Shown one piece after another: positions 1-13,640 of a stretch of 64,000 nt of DNA. The DNA lies in the NCBI RefSeq assembly GCF_009914755.1, contig NC_060930.1; one strand, written 5' to 3'. Source of the stretch: the human T2T-CHM13v2.0 reference genome, Homo sapiens. How positions within the stretch are numbered: position 1 is the stretch's first letter; the number at the start of each line of letters is the position of its first letter. The notes beneath the pieces were generated by a model. It was not told where the DNA came from. It was given only the letters and a program-made list of their open reading frames with translations, and did no database searches. The position numbers were made by a program, and so were the translations under genes.

Positions 1-894
1 ATCAAAATGAAAATAAGTAACATTCTTTATTCAGTTATAGCCTGTCACCATTTCATATACATTTTGATTAGTTTTTTTCTGAATATAGAAAGTTAATATG
101 AATAATCTATTAAATAGTCTTCGAGAACTTCCCCAAAACCATATGATTTTTGAAAAATTCATATTAGTAGCATCTTATGTATATAAATGTAACCTAGGGA
201 AGGTGAGCATGTCTGCTGATTTGGCAATTTTCATGTAGCTCTTACAGTAGTAATGCAGCAAACAAACCTAATTATTTCTAGCATTTCTCTTTTAAGGTGA
301 AAGACAAATCTTCATAAATTTTTCATTGGTCTTTTGGGAAATCTCAATAATTATTTTACTTATGACATGTCCTGAGTATTTTTTTCCCAAATTTAGAGTT
401 CAATCCTGTGTAGGTGTTTGTTTACAATAGAGTTGTGAGTGCTTGAGAAAGACTGGTTACATATTTGATCAAAATGATAATATAATAAACCATTCAAAAT
501 AAATAGAGAAGATAACATGATTGTAACAAATCTTAGCTCTTTTCATGAATGTGAACCTTTTTTTTCCTATTTCTCAATTAGAAACACAATAATGTTCACA
601 TAAAGCATAGGAAATTATTCCAGGAAGATACTGAACCTATGCTATCACTTTACACAGAGGCAAAGTTCAATCTTTCATAATATTGATGAGGGCACTCATC
701 AGGAGACCAAGGAAGAAAGCCCATCAAAACTGAGCAAATTTTACATCATTTTACCATGATTTATAGTTTCTTGTCAGACCTAGGTATCATAAATTAAGAA
801 AAGTGAAATTTACTTTCCAAATTTTATTTCGATGATACTCTCTCATATTCTGAAACATACTAACACATTATTTTGGAGCAGTAATTTTTAAAGC

Positions 895-1093
895 ATAGTT
901 GAGAGACCCTTGCAGGTCTCAAGGACCCTTTTAGAGAGTCGATGAAGAAAAAACAATTTTCATAATAAGGCAAAAATGTTACTTGCTTTCTTCATTTTTA
1001 TTCCCCCACAAGTGTACAGTGTATTTTTCCAGAGGCTACATGATGTGTGACATTACATCAGATTCCATGTGCAGCAGCAGATATAAAAATCCA
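895..1093. mobile_element. Charlie1-like hAT DNA transposon fragment, left part; interrupted by L1 and resumes at ~3395-3500
   Basis: 'aagtgtacagtgtatttttccagaggctacatgatgtgtgac...gcagcagcagatataaaaatcca' resembles recalled Charlie1 consensus; the continuation 'ccagccatcctctaac...aaagagatttgcaaaa' appears after the L1 tail. Confidence 0.7.
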
Positions 1094-3392
1094 CATAAAC
1101 ACAATTTAAAAAAACCATATGATCATCTCAATAGAGGCAGAAAAACTTTTGATAAATCCAACATCCCTTCATGACAAAAACCCTCAACAAACTAGGCATT
1201 GAAGGAATGTACCTTAAAATAATCAGAGCCATCTGTGACAAACACACAACCAACTTGTACTGAACTGGAAAAAGCTGGAAACATTCCCCTTAAGAACTGA
1301 AACAAGACAAGGATGCCCACTCTCACCACTCCTATTCAACATGGCACTGGAAGATTTTAGCCAGAGCAATCAGTTAAGAGAAATAAATAAAAGGAATCTA
1401 AATAGGAAAATAAGTTAATTATCTATTTTCACTGATGATATGATTTTATACCTAAAGAAGCTTAAAGACTCCACCAGAAGGCTCTTGAAATGGATTAACA
1501 ACTTCAGAAAAGTTTCAGGATACAAAATCAATGTACAAAAATCAGTAGTGTTTCTGTACACCAATAACATTCAACCTAAGAGCCAAATCAATGATGGAAT
1601 CCCATTTACAATAACCAGAAAAATATAAAATACTTAAGAATATATCTAATCAAGGGGGTGAAAGATCTCTACAAGGAGAACTACAAAACATTGCTGAAAG
1701 AAATAATAGATGACAAAAACAAATGGGTAAACGTTCCATATTCAGACTAGAAGAATCAGTATCATTAAAATGGCCATATACCCCAAAGCAATCTACAGAT
1801 TCAACACTATTCTTATCAAACTACCAACATCATTTTTCACAGAAATAGAAAAAAAAACTATTCTAAAATTCATATGTAACCAAGAAAGAGTGTCAATAGC
1901 CAAAGCAATCCTAAGTAAACAGAACAAATCCAGAGGCATCACATACCCAACTCCAAACTATACTATAAGTTTACAGTAATCAAAGCAGCATGGTACTGTT
2001 ACAAAAAGAGACACATAGACCAATGGAACAGAACAGAGAACCCAGAAATAAAGCCACACACCTAAAACCACATGATCTTTGACAAAGTCAATGAAAACAA
2101 GAAATGCAGAAAGAACTCTCTATTCAATAAATTGTGCTGGGATAACTGACTATCCATATGCAGAAGTAGAAAACTAGACATCTGCTTATCAGCATATGCA
2201 AAAATTAACTTAAGATGAATTACTGATTTAAATGTAAGACCCCAAACTCTAAGAATCCTAAAGAAAAACCTGAGATACACTCGTCTCAACATTGGCCTTG
2301 GCAAAGAATTTATGTCTGAGTCCTCAAAAGTAATTGTAGCAAAAACGAAAATAAACTTTAAGAGTGTAGTTGGACTGTGTGTAACTCAAAACATAAATGC
2401 TTGAGGGAATGGATACCCCATTCTCCATGACGTGCTTCTTTAATATTACATGCCTGTATCACTTAACCTACAGGGTGGGAGAAAATATTTAAAAACTACG
2501 CATTCAAAAAAGGTCTAATATCCAGAATCTTTAAGGAACTTAAACAAATCAACAATCAAAAAACAAATAGCCCACTAAAAAGTGGGCAAAGGACGTGAAC
2601 TTCTCAAAAATAGACATATAAATGGCCAAGAAACATAGGAAAAAATGCTCATCATCATAATCATCAGAGAAGTGCTAATAAAAACCACAGTGAGATACCA
2701 TCTCACACCAGTTAGAATTGTTATTATTAAAAAGTAAAAAACAAATGTTGAGGCTGCAGAGAAAAGGGAACACTTTTACATTGTTGGTGGGAATGTTAAT
2801 TAGTTTAGCCATTTGCAGAAAGCAATTTGGAGATTTGTCAAAGAATTAAGAGTTAAATTAACTTTTGACCCAGCAATTTCATTACTGGGCAAATACAAAA
2901 AGGAATATGAATTGTTTTACAAAAAAAACACATGTACTTATATGTTCACTGCAGCACTATTCACTATAGCAAAGATGTAGAATCAACCAAAGTGCCTATC
3001 AGTGGTGGAGTGTATAAAGAAAATGTGCTACATGTACATCATGGAATACTACACAGCCATAAGAAAGAGCAAAATCATGTTCTTTGCAGCAACATAGATG
3101 TAGGTGGAGACCATTGTCCTCACTGAATTAACATAGAATCAGAAAAACAAATACCACGTGTTCTCACTTATAAGTGAAAGCTAAATATTGGAAACACATG
3201 GAAATAAGATGGGAAAAATAGACAGGGGGATGGAGGGAGAGGGGAAGGGTTGGAAAACTACCTATTCAGTACTATGCTTACAACCTGAGTGACAGGTTCT
3301 GTTGTATCCCAAATCTCAGCATCATACAATATACCCTTGAAACAAATTTGCACATGTACCCTCTGAATATAAAATAAAAGTTGAAAAAAAAT
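1094..3392 (+). mobile_element. 5'-truncated LINE-1 (L1PA15/16-like): ORF2 3' half, 3' UTR and A-rich tail
   Basis: ORF2-like peptides ([26 protein letters not shown]); 3' end 'gcacatgtaccctctgaatataaaataaaagttgaaaaaaa'; many stops and frameshifts. Confidence 0.9.
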
Positions 3393-3394
3393 AA

Positions 3395-3500
3395 TTTCCA
3401 GCCATCCTCTAACAAGACAGGAACTAAAGAGATTTGCAAAATTGTTAAACCCATGTCACTCTTTATAATATTTTTTATTTTGTTTTGGAATAACAGTGGG
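3395..3500. mobile_element. Charlie1-like fragment, right part
   Basis: 'aaagagatttgcaaaattgttaaacccatgtcactcttt...tttgttttggaat' continues the element broken at 1093. Confidence 0.6.
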
Positions 3501-3559
3501 TCCAAGAAGCGGCCCACTGGCAACAGACAACACAGGTGCAAGTGTACACCTCTCTGGGG

Positions 3560-4057
3560 CATAATGTCCTCTAGGTTTATTCATGTTGGCACAGATAACA
3601 GAATTCCATTATTTTTAAAGGCGAAATAGTCTTCCATTGTGTATATATACTTTTTATATTCATCTATCCAAGTAACCCAAATGATGGGAACTAAGTTTGC
3701 TTCCATATTTTGGCTATTGTGAATAACACTGCACTGAACATGGGAGAACAGACATCCCTTCATACGAATGTCAGTTTCTTTGAATATATACCCAGAAGTG
3801 GGACTGTATTATTATATGGTAATTCCACTTTTTTGATTTTTGAGGAACTTCCATACTGTGTTTCATAATGGTTATGCTAATGTACATTCCCACCAGTTAC
3901 AAGTGTTTCCTCTTCTCCATATGTTTGCCAACACTATCTTTCGTCTTTTACCAAACAGACATTCTAACATGTGAAGGGTGTATCTCGCTGTGATGTTAAT
4001 GTCCATTTCTCTGATGATTAGTAATGCTGAGTATTTTTTCATATATCTGTTTGCCAT
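3560..4057 (-). mobile_element. Old LINE-1 (L1MA/L1MB-like) ORF2 C-terminal fragment
   Basis: Antisense L1 motifs 'cataatgtcctctaggtttattcatgttg', 'atatacccagaagtgggactg', 'ctgatgattagtaatgctgag'. Confidence 0.85.
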
Positions 4058-6925
4058 CACATCATAGAAAATCACATCATGGAAAATGGGGTATCCATCC
4101 CCTCAAGCATTTATCCTTTGTGTTACAAATAATCCAATTATACTCTTTTCATTATTTAAAAATGTAAGATTAAATTATTATTGACTATAGTCACACTGTT
4201 GTGTTATCAAATACTAGGTTGTGTTTATTCTTTTTAATATTTTTTGTACTCATTAACCGCCCCCACCTTCTTTTCCAACCTTGCACTACCCTTCCCAGCC
4301 TCTGGTAACCATACTTCTACTCTCTATCTCCATGAATTCATTTGTTTTGATTTTTAGATCCCACAAATAAGAGAGAACAGGCAGTGTTTGTCCTTCTGTG
4401 CTTGGCTTATTTCACTTAACATAACAATCTCCAGTTTCATCCATGCTGTTACAAATGATGGGATCTCATTCATTTTTATGGCTAAATAGCCCTCCATTGT
4501 GTATAAGTACCATATTTTTTTTGCCCATTCATCTGTTGGTAGACACTTAGGTTCCTTCCAAACCTTGGTTATTGTGCAAAGCACTGCAACAAACATGGAA
4601 GTGCAGATATTTCCTCAATATATTAATTTCCTTCATTTGGGGTATATGCCCAGCAGTGGGATTGCTGGATCATATGGTCACTCTATTTCTGTTTTTCTGA
4701 GGAACCTCCCAACTGTTCTCCATAGTGGTTATGCTAATTTACATTTCCACCTACAGTATATAAGGGTACTCTTTTCTTCACATCCTCTCCAGCATTTGTT
4801 ATTTCCTGTATTTTGGATAAAAGTTATTTTAATTGTGGTAAGAGGATAACTCATTGTAGTTTTGCTTTACATTTCTCTGATGACCAGTGATGCTGAGCAC
4901 CTTTTTATATACCTGTTTTCCATTTGTATATCTTCTTTTGAGAATTGTCTTTTCAAATATTTTCTCCCTTTTAATTGGATTATTAGGCTTTTTTTTTCCT
5001 TTAGGATTGTTTGAGCTCCTTATATATTCTGGTTATTAATCCCTTGTCAGATGGGTAGTTTGTAAATATTTTCTCCAATTCTGTGGGTTATCGCTTCACT
5101 TTTTTTTTTTATTATTTCCTTTGCCGTGCAGAAGCTTTTTAACTTGAGGTGATCCCATTTGTCAATTTTTTGCTTTGGTTGCCGGTGCTTATGGGATATT
5201 ACTCAAGAAATTTTTGCCCAGACCAATGTCCTGAAAAGTTTTCCCAATGTTTTCTTGTAGTAGTTTCATACTTTGAGGTCTGAGGTTTAAGTCTTTAATA
5301 TATTTTAATTTGATTTGACTTTTGTATGTGGCAAGAGACATGGATATATTTTAATTCTTCTGCATATGGATATCCAGTATTCCCAGCACCATTTCTTGAA
5401 GAGACTTTCTCTTCCCCAATGTATGATTTTGACAACTTTGTCAAAAATGAGTTCACTCTGGGTGCGTAGATTTGTTTCTCAGTTCTCTATTCTGCTCCAT
5501 TGGTCTATGTGTCTGTATATCACCAGTACCATGCCAGCACGGCACTATGGCTCTGTAGTATAACCTGAAATTTTGGTTACTATAGCTCTGTAGTATAATT
5601 TGAAATCAGGTAATGTGATTCCTCCAGTTTCATTCTTTTTGATTAGGCTAGCTTTGTCTATTTGGGGTCTTTTGTCATTCCAGATAAATTTTAGAATTTT
5701 TTCTGTGTCTATAAATAATGTCATTAGTATTTATAGGAAATGCATTATACCTGTAGATCATTTTGGGTAGAATGGATATTTTAACAATATTGATTCTTTT
5801 AGTCCATTAACATGGATTATCTTTCCATTTTTTGTGTCATCTATAATTTCTTTTGTAAGTATTTTATAGTTTTCCTTATAGAGATCTTTCGTGTATTTGG
5901 TTAAGTTAATTCCTAGGCATTTAATTTTATTTCTGGGTATTGTAAATGAGATTACATTTTTCTTTCTTTTTTAGGTTGTTCACTATTAACATGTAGAAAT
6001 GCTACTGATTTTTGTACATTGTTTTTTTGTCTTACAACTTTAATGAATTTGTTTAACTACTGAGTTTTCAGTAGTTAAAAAGCTACTGAATATTTTTTGA
6101 TAGAGTTTATAGGTTTTATTTCAAACATGAGATCACATCACCTGCAAAAAATAATATTTTGACTTCTTCATTTCCAATTTGGATGCCTTTTATTTCTTTC
6201 TCTTGTCTTTTTGCTCCAGGTAGGACTACCAGTTTTATGTTAAATAACAGTGGTGACAGTGGGCATCCTTGTTGTGTTCCACATCTTTGAGGAAAGGCTT
6301 TCAGTTTTTTTCTCATTCAGTATGATACTATTTGTGGGTCTGTTTTATATGGCTTTTATTATGTTTAGTTATGTTACTTCTATATCCAGTTTTTTTGTGG
6401 ATTTTTATCATGATGTATGTTGAATTTTATCAAATGCTTTTTTCAGCATCAATTGAAATGGTTGTATGGTTTTTATCCTTTATTCTGTTGATATGATGTG
6501 TCACATTCATTGATTTCCATATGTTGAACCATCCTTGCATCCCTAGGATAAATTTCACTTGGTCATGATGAATGAACTTTTTAATGTGTTGTTGAATTCG
6601 GTTTCCTATTACTTTGTTGATGATTTTTGGATCAATATCCATTCCAAGTGTCAGCCTGTGGTTTTCTTTTTTTGATGTGTCTGATTTTGGTATCAGGGTC
6701 ATGCTTGCCTTGTAGAATGAATTTGGAGGTATTCCCTCCTCTATTTTTTTTTTTGGAAAAGTGTAAATAGAGTTGGTATTAGTTCTTTAAATGTATGGCA
6801 GAATTCAGCAGTGAAGGCATTGGCTATCAGGGTTTTTCTTTACTGGGAAACTTTCTATTATGGCTTCAGTCTCATTACTTGTTATTCATCTGTTCATGTT
6901 TTGAATTTCTTCATGGTTCAATCCG
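4058..6925 (-). mobile_element. LINE-1 L1MA2-like fragment (ORF2 RT region to 3' UTR); no poly-A tail visible
   Basis: Minus-strand ORFs 6116-6316 ([12 protein letters not shown]) and 6430-6702 (GMQGWFNI); L1MA-type 3' UTR 'ggggtatccatcccctcaagcattta'. Confidence 0.88.
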
Positions 6926-6937
6926 TAATGAATTCAT

Positions 6938-7862
6938 GAGATTCACTATTTTAGCTCCCACATATGAGTGAGAACATGCAATATTTGACTTTCTGTGCTT
7001 GCCTTACTTCACTTAACATAATGACCTCTAGTTTCACCCATGTTGCTGCAAATTATGGAATTTCATTTTTTTCTGGCTGAATAATATTTCATTCTGTACA
7101 TATACCAAATTTCCTTTATTCATTCATCTGTCATTGGAAACCTAGGTTGATTCCATGTCTTGGTTGTTGTGAATAGTAGTACTGCAATAAACATGGGGGT
7201 ATAGATATCTTGTTGGTATACTCATTTCCTTTCTTTTGGATATATACCCAGCAGGGGAATTGTTGGATCATAGAGTAGTTCTATTTTTAGTTTTTGATGA
7301 AACTCCATACTGTTTTTATAGCAGTTGCACTACTTTACATTCCCATCAACAGTGTACGAGCATTCCTTTCTCCACATTCTCGCCATCTTCTCTTATTTTT
7401 TCTTTTTAATAGTCATTTCAACTGGGGTCAGATAACATCTCGTTGTTTTGATTTGTATTTCTTTAATAATTAGTGATGTTGAGCATTTTTTCATATACTT
7501 CTTGACTATTTGTGTGTCTTTTCTTGATAAATGTTTATTCAAATCTTTTGCCCATTTTTAAATTGTATTATTTGCTGTTTTTGTATGTGTGTGTTGTTTT
7601 ATTTGCTATTTAGTTGTTTGATTTCCTTATGTATTCTGGTTAGATGCTTCCAGCTTTGTTCTTTTTGCTCAAAACTGATTTGGCTCTTTTGGGTCTTTTG
7701 CGGTAATATACCAATTTTAGGTTGTATACTATACCATTTTTTTATGTGAAAAATGACATTGACAATTTGATAGCCATTGCATTGAATCTGTGGATCACTT
7801 TGGATAGTATGGACATTTTAACACTGTTATTTCTTCCAATCCATGAACATGAGCTATCTTTT
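6938..7862 (-). mobile_element. Old LINE-1 (L1MA-like) fragments
   Basis: 'ttagctcccacatatgagtgagaacatgcaatatttg', 'gcattgaatctgtggatcactttggatagtatggacattt'. Confidence 0.82.
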
Positions 7863-8255
7863 AAGGATAAATATTTTAAACATTTTCAGTTTTTATTTCT
7901 TTTATTACAAAGTATTAAAAGAATGTTTGTCCTCAGTGTATTCAAGAATTCACTTAATGGATGAATTATATCCTGAGATCAAAGAATTGAAATAGCTCTT
8001 GAGGATAAAATTATTCTTCGACCTTAAAAACACCACACACATACAGTTTTAGTTGTGCCACAGTTGCTGCTAGTATAGTCTCAACTACTCATATTAATTG
8101 TAACATTTACCAAAAGTAGCTAATTTCTATTTCACAGAGGGCCCTGGATAATTCAGAATTGCCTGCAATATAAGTGTTTAGCAGTCTATCAAAGTACTTT
8201 GACGCACAAGAGTTTCATCTGCCAAAGATTGACCTTAATTATGTAAACTTAGATT

Positions 8256-8987
8256 ATTATTTTTTATTATTATTATACTTTAAGTTCTAGGGTACATGTG
8301 CACAACATGCAGGTTTGTTACATATGTATACATATGCCATGTTGGTGTGCTGCACCCATTAACTCGTCATTTACATTAGGTATATCTCCTAATGCTATCC
8401 CTCCCCCCTCCCCCCACCCCACGACAGGCCCCAGTGTGTGATGTTCCCCTTCCTGTGTCCAAGTGTTCTTACTGTTCAATTCCCACCTATGAGTGAGAAC
8501 ATGTGGTATTTGGTTTTCTGTCCTTGTGACAGTTTGCTCAGAATGATGGTTTCCAGCTTCATCCATGTCTCTACAAAGGACATGAACTCATCCTTTTTTA
8601 TGGCTACATAGTATTCCATGATGTATATGTGCCACATTTTCTTAATCCAGTCTAAAAATGCTCATCATCACTGGCCATCAGAGAAATTCAAATCAAAACC
8701 ACAATGAGATACCATCTCACACCAGTCAGAATGGCGATCATTAAAACGTCAGGAAACAAAAGGTGCTGTAGAGGATGTGGAGAAATAGGAACCCTTTTAC
8801 ACTGTTGGTGGGACTGTAAACTAGTTCAACCATTGTGGAAGACAGTGTGGTGATTCCTCAAGGATTTAGAACTAGAAATACCATTTGACCCAGCCATCCC
8901 ATTACTGGGTATATACCCAAAGGATTATAAATCATGCTGCTGTAAAGACACATGCACACATATGTTTATTGTGGCACTATTCACAAT
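8256..8987 (-). mobile_element. L1PA (about PA4-6) with 5' inversion (twin priming)
   Basis: Minus-strand 3' UTR 8256-8653 then plus-strand segment 8654-8987; TSD tgtaaacttagatt at 8242-8255 and 8988-9001; ~40 bp of L1 missing at the inversion point. Confidence 0.93.
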
Positions 8988-9865
8988 TGTAAACTTAGAT
9001 TCTTAAAGTGTTTCTGAGCTTACAATTACTGAAAGAAGAATTTTTCTCTTTAGCACATTTAAAGTATACAAAACCCAATTTAGTTATTTCCTGGGAATTT
9101 AAAAAATATTCCATTTAATTAACTGCCTAATTATGTTTATAAGCAAAACAAAATCAATATTTAAGAGATATTAAAATCAATGATATTTTTCTTATAAATC
9201 AAATACTCTCTAGAAACAAGAAAAGATTTCATATCTACACAAGAGGTAAAGAGCTCCATGAATTAAAGACACAGACATATAAACTATAGCTTATAGTGTC
9301 AGTTTTACAATTTCAAGAGTATTAGGTCAAGAGTAAAAACAGAAACACAAGCATCTACTCCATATTTCAAAGGCCCTTTCTCTCAATAGACTTAAAATTC
9401 TTAAATATTTGAGTTTAAAATAGAATAATAGATAAACAAATGCAAAGGATTAACAAACTGGATCTTTATTGTCTCTCACTCAACAGATTACTATTATCTA
9501 TCTACAGAGATCACCAAATAGTTGAGATCATAAGACCAAATTCCCAATCACTGCCGCAACCAAAGAGAAAAGTTACCACTCATGAATGAATAAGAAAACA
9601 CAATAAAACACCATATATAATCAGTGAAGTGGAAACATTTTCTCAGGAAACAGAGAGTTATAAAAGTTAAGGTTTTTGCTGCATGGTATTCTCTCTGGGA
9701 ATCAAAAAAAAAATTGTATCTACATCTAAGTTGTTATGAATAACACTTCCTTGACAGTGTGGTTTATCTCTCCCTGTCAGGCAAATATTTTCAGCATCTC
9801 AGTAAACTCCCAAACTGTTAAAATATTTTAAAACTAACACCATAACATTCATAAAAATATAAATT

Positions 9866-10302
9866 TGAAATTAGCCCAATTGTCTCATAAAATTGATGTT
9901 TAGCATCTCTTTGTAATTGGCCCTCTTGGTTTTGGTTTTAAAGATTGAAACTTACATTTGTTTTATCTGAGTTCCTTCCTCCGCAAATTGACCCTCAGCT
10001 CTCACAGATGGTATTAAGGAAGTGGAACTCACCAGATGACCAGATCCAGACAATGAGATACCAGGCTCCTCATCATGACTGCCTCCTTACCCCTCCTTAA
10101 TTCCTGTTTTCATTACTTTTTGCTATATATACACCCAATTTTAGTTGGTTGGGGAGACAAATTTGAGACTTATCTCCAGTGTTATTGGATGACCTCACCT
10201 GATTAAAGCCTTTCTTCCGTGGCTATACTCACTGTTTCAGTGATTGGCTTTCCATATGATGAGCAATAGGACCTTGACCAAACCTCTGGCATCTTGGCAA
10301 CA
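9866..10302 (+). mobile_element. ERV1-class solo LTR (MER39/MER4-group-like)
   Basis: TG...CA termini (tgaaattagcc...ggcaaca); 4-bp TSD aatt at 9862-9865 and 10303-10306; TATA-like 'tatatata' and 'attaaa' poly-A signal. Confidence 0.8.
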
Positions 10303-10769
10303 AATTGAACATGTATCCAAGCGTTTACTTTTTTCCATTAAGAGAGAACCAGTTCAAAAGAGAATCCAAGGAATACACACATACACGGGTAATGAAAAAT
10401 GCTAATTACATCTTCACTGGAACCTTTCATTTGCATTTTTTGAAATAACTACTGATGATAGCATAAACTCTCTATAAGCTACTTCTTTCTCCAAAATTTG
10501 CAAAATAGTCAAAGGTTATAAAAGATTCAGATTCTTATATTATGAGATTATTCTGAGAGGTCCCTCCAGATCTAAACAATGCCTTGCATCTCACTGAAAG
10601 GATACCCATTTATCTTTTTACTTCTTTCAAACTGTGTGTCTTTTCTTTTTTCTGACACAAGATCTTTCAAAAAAGGAGCTCTGAATCTGTTAATTGGCTT
10701 GCATCTGAGAATTGGGTATGAAATTTTGAAGCCCTTTCACAGCAATTCAAGTCAGTTGTATGCCCAGAA

Positions 10770-11585
10770 TTTTAGAGTAGGCCGATAGCTAGAAATGAAC
10801 AGGAGAGGGAGCTCCTGAGAAGGGAAAAGTCTGGGAAGGCTCATTCCAGGACCACCCTAAATTTGCATATTAACAGCATCTCTACTGCTGGAGTGGGCGG
10901 GCACTTAGTCAAAAGTGGGTAGGGAAGAAGAGGTAGCTACATGGAAAGAAATGCCCCAAGACACCTCTTAAGACACCCCAATAATCATTCACTCTGCGAT
11001 TAAAGTATCAGAACATCACTAGTTATATGCTGATAAGAAGGGCAAAAGGGACATTCCTAAGAGAAACCTGGCGCCATATGTACAGATTAGGGGAAAGAAG
11101 GAAATTCCAAAGAGATACTCAGGTGCAATAGCTATAGATTTGACTGCTATACAACCTTCCTAGGGTGGCAATAATGAGTAGGGCCGCCATCAGACAGGAT
11201 TCATAGTAAATCATGGGCCAGCGCATGCACATTAACCAACAGTGAGAGAGGGTCCCACAAGCCTGGGGAAGGGGGGCGGAGCACAGGCGAGGACTTAAGG
11301 CAGGAGCGGGAAAACTACACTAAGGAAAAAGGTAGAGATTTGAGACAGAGGCAGGAATTTGAAGATGTCTAACACAATAAGACTCCCTGCATAGGACCCT
11401 CGGAGCTGTTTTCCCACAGGATCAGCCCTCTCCTCCCTTGGGGAATACTTTTTTTTTTTCTGCAATAACCTCTTTACACTATATTTCTTTTCAGTAAAGT
11501 TTCCTGCTATCTTTGTACTGTCTCTTGGCCAACATTTTTCTTCCAAGTTAGAACATAATTGGAACATTTGCTCTCCTGGTTAATA
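10770..11585 (+). mobile_element. ERV1-class solo LTR, family uncertain (LTR39-like)
   Basis: Degenerate termini (ttttagagtagg...ggttaata) flanked by 4-bp agaa at 10766-10769 and 11586-11589; internal ~50-bp tandem unit at 11041-11145; aataac/agtaaa near the 3' end. Confidence 0.7.
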
Positions 11586-12163
11586 AGAAGACCTAGAATT
11601 CTTCCATTTTCTACATGATTCATGTAGCCCCTTGATAGACTGCTCATCTGTTTGATTCCTTGGGGCCCTGAAATGAGTCATCCGTCCTTACAGACTGCTG
11701 AAGAAAGAACACAATCTGGTTACCCACATCTCTGTGGCTTATTAGACCAATCACTCGCACCTTGTGCTGGAGGTTTAATACCTGCTACTCACACTCACCC
11801 CGTCTGGGACCCCATTGTTTCCATGAAATCAGAAACTCTACATCTTTGAAGTGTCTTTTACTATTTTTCTATGCTGCTGTGGAAAGATACCACATAAAAA
11901 CACTGTACAAGGATGTTGTTGGTCCTTTCTCATATGTATTTATCATTCTATATGGATTAGATAGATTTCTGTTTATTTGTTTCCTATTTGTTTCAGGTCT
12001 AGCAGCTAATTTATGTAGGGCATCTAATGTTCATTATTCCTAAAAAGAACTTCTCTCTGATTCAATCATCTCTGTTTTTCTTATTCTGTAGATTATTTAT
12101 GTCATTTCTTTCAAAAATTTATTTTTTACTTGATTTTTCTATGATAATTATTTAGCTTATTAA

Positions 12164-12536
<373 letters not shown>

Positions 12537-13640
12537 TGCCTTTTCTTATTGAGTCATCAATCTTCTGTTTCATGGTATATGGAGTATTAATTCCGTTGTT
12601 TGTACAAATTACCCTCTCTTACCTTCTTACTTACTTTCTTTAATTTATGATTTTAACACTAGAGAGAGATGCTATAGACTATTGTTTTAAGAGAGTAGCT
12701 CATAGATAAAAAGAACTCATTTTTCAAGGTCCCATAAAAGATAAAAAGGTTCATTTTTTCCAGAAATAAATGATTAATAATTTTAGCAAGACTCATACTA
12801 GGGAAGTGACTCAAATTCAAGTTTAGAGAAAGAATCCTATAAGAATACAGGAAGAAGACATAGGAAACATTTAACCTGTCAAAGATCATACTCAGCAATT
12901 TTAGTTTGCTAAAAATGGAATAATGTTTACAAAGCTCAGGAGAGAAAACTGAATGATACAAGTAGTCATCTTAATCATTATTGTGAAAAAATCTGAAGAT
13001 GTAAATAAAACATGAAATTCAGCAAAGTGGAGAGAATTTGTAGTAACCAATGCCATAGGAGAAAATATTTAACATTTTCAACTAAATAATAATATAATTC
13101 AAAATATTTCTGGTGTACACAAGTAGACTTTACTCATTTGCAATAGGTTATATTAATTCCATTTGTGACTTTAAGAACTTCCATTATTACTTATAGTATA
13201 GCATAATCTCTGGAGTTCAGAAAATAATTAATTATATATTGGTGCACAGTTTTTCTTTTGTTTCAATTAATAAAACTGATGCTTTCAGATGGATTTTTAA
13301 AATTTATACTTTATACAGGATATTTTTAAAGGAAGCTAACTTGTAACACAATTTATTACCAGTGTTATCTGTGGGAAAAATTTGGAAATAGGTTTTTAGT
13401 ATTAATTATTGTGTTAATGAAATTTAAAACAAAATAAATATTCACTTTGACCAGAAAGGTGTTACACATTGTAATAAATAGATGATTTTATTATTGCAAA
13501 GCTCCAGTTGAGAAATCTATATTTGAGCCAGTGGGCTTGTTAATATTGCTAATAATGCATGAAAAAAATGTATCCATTTAACTCATTTTGAATCAGGTAA
13601 ATGGAGTTGTTATTGGCTATTATCAATGCTAATTATATCT

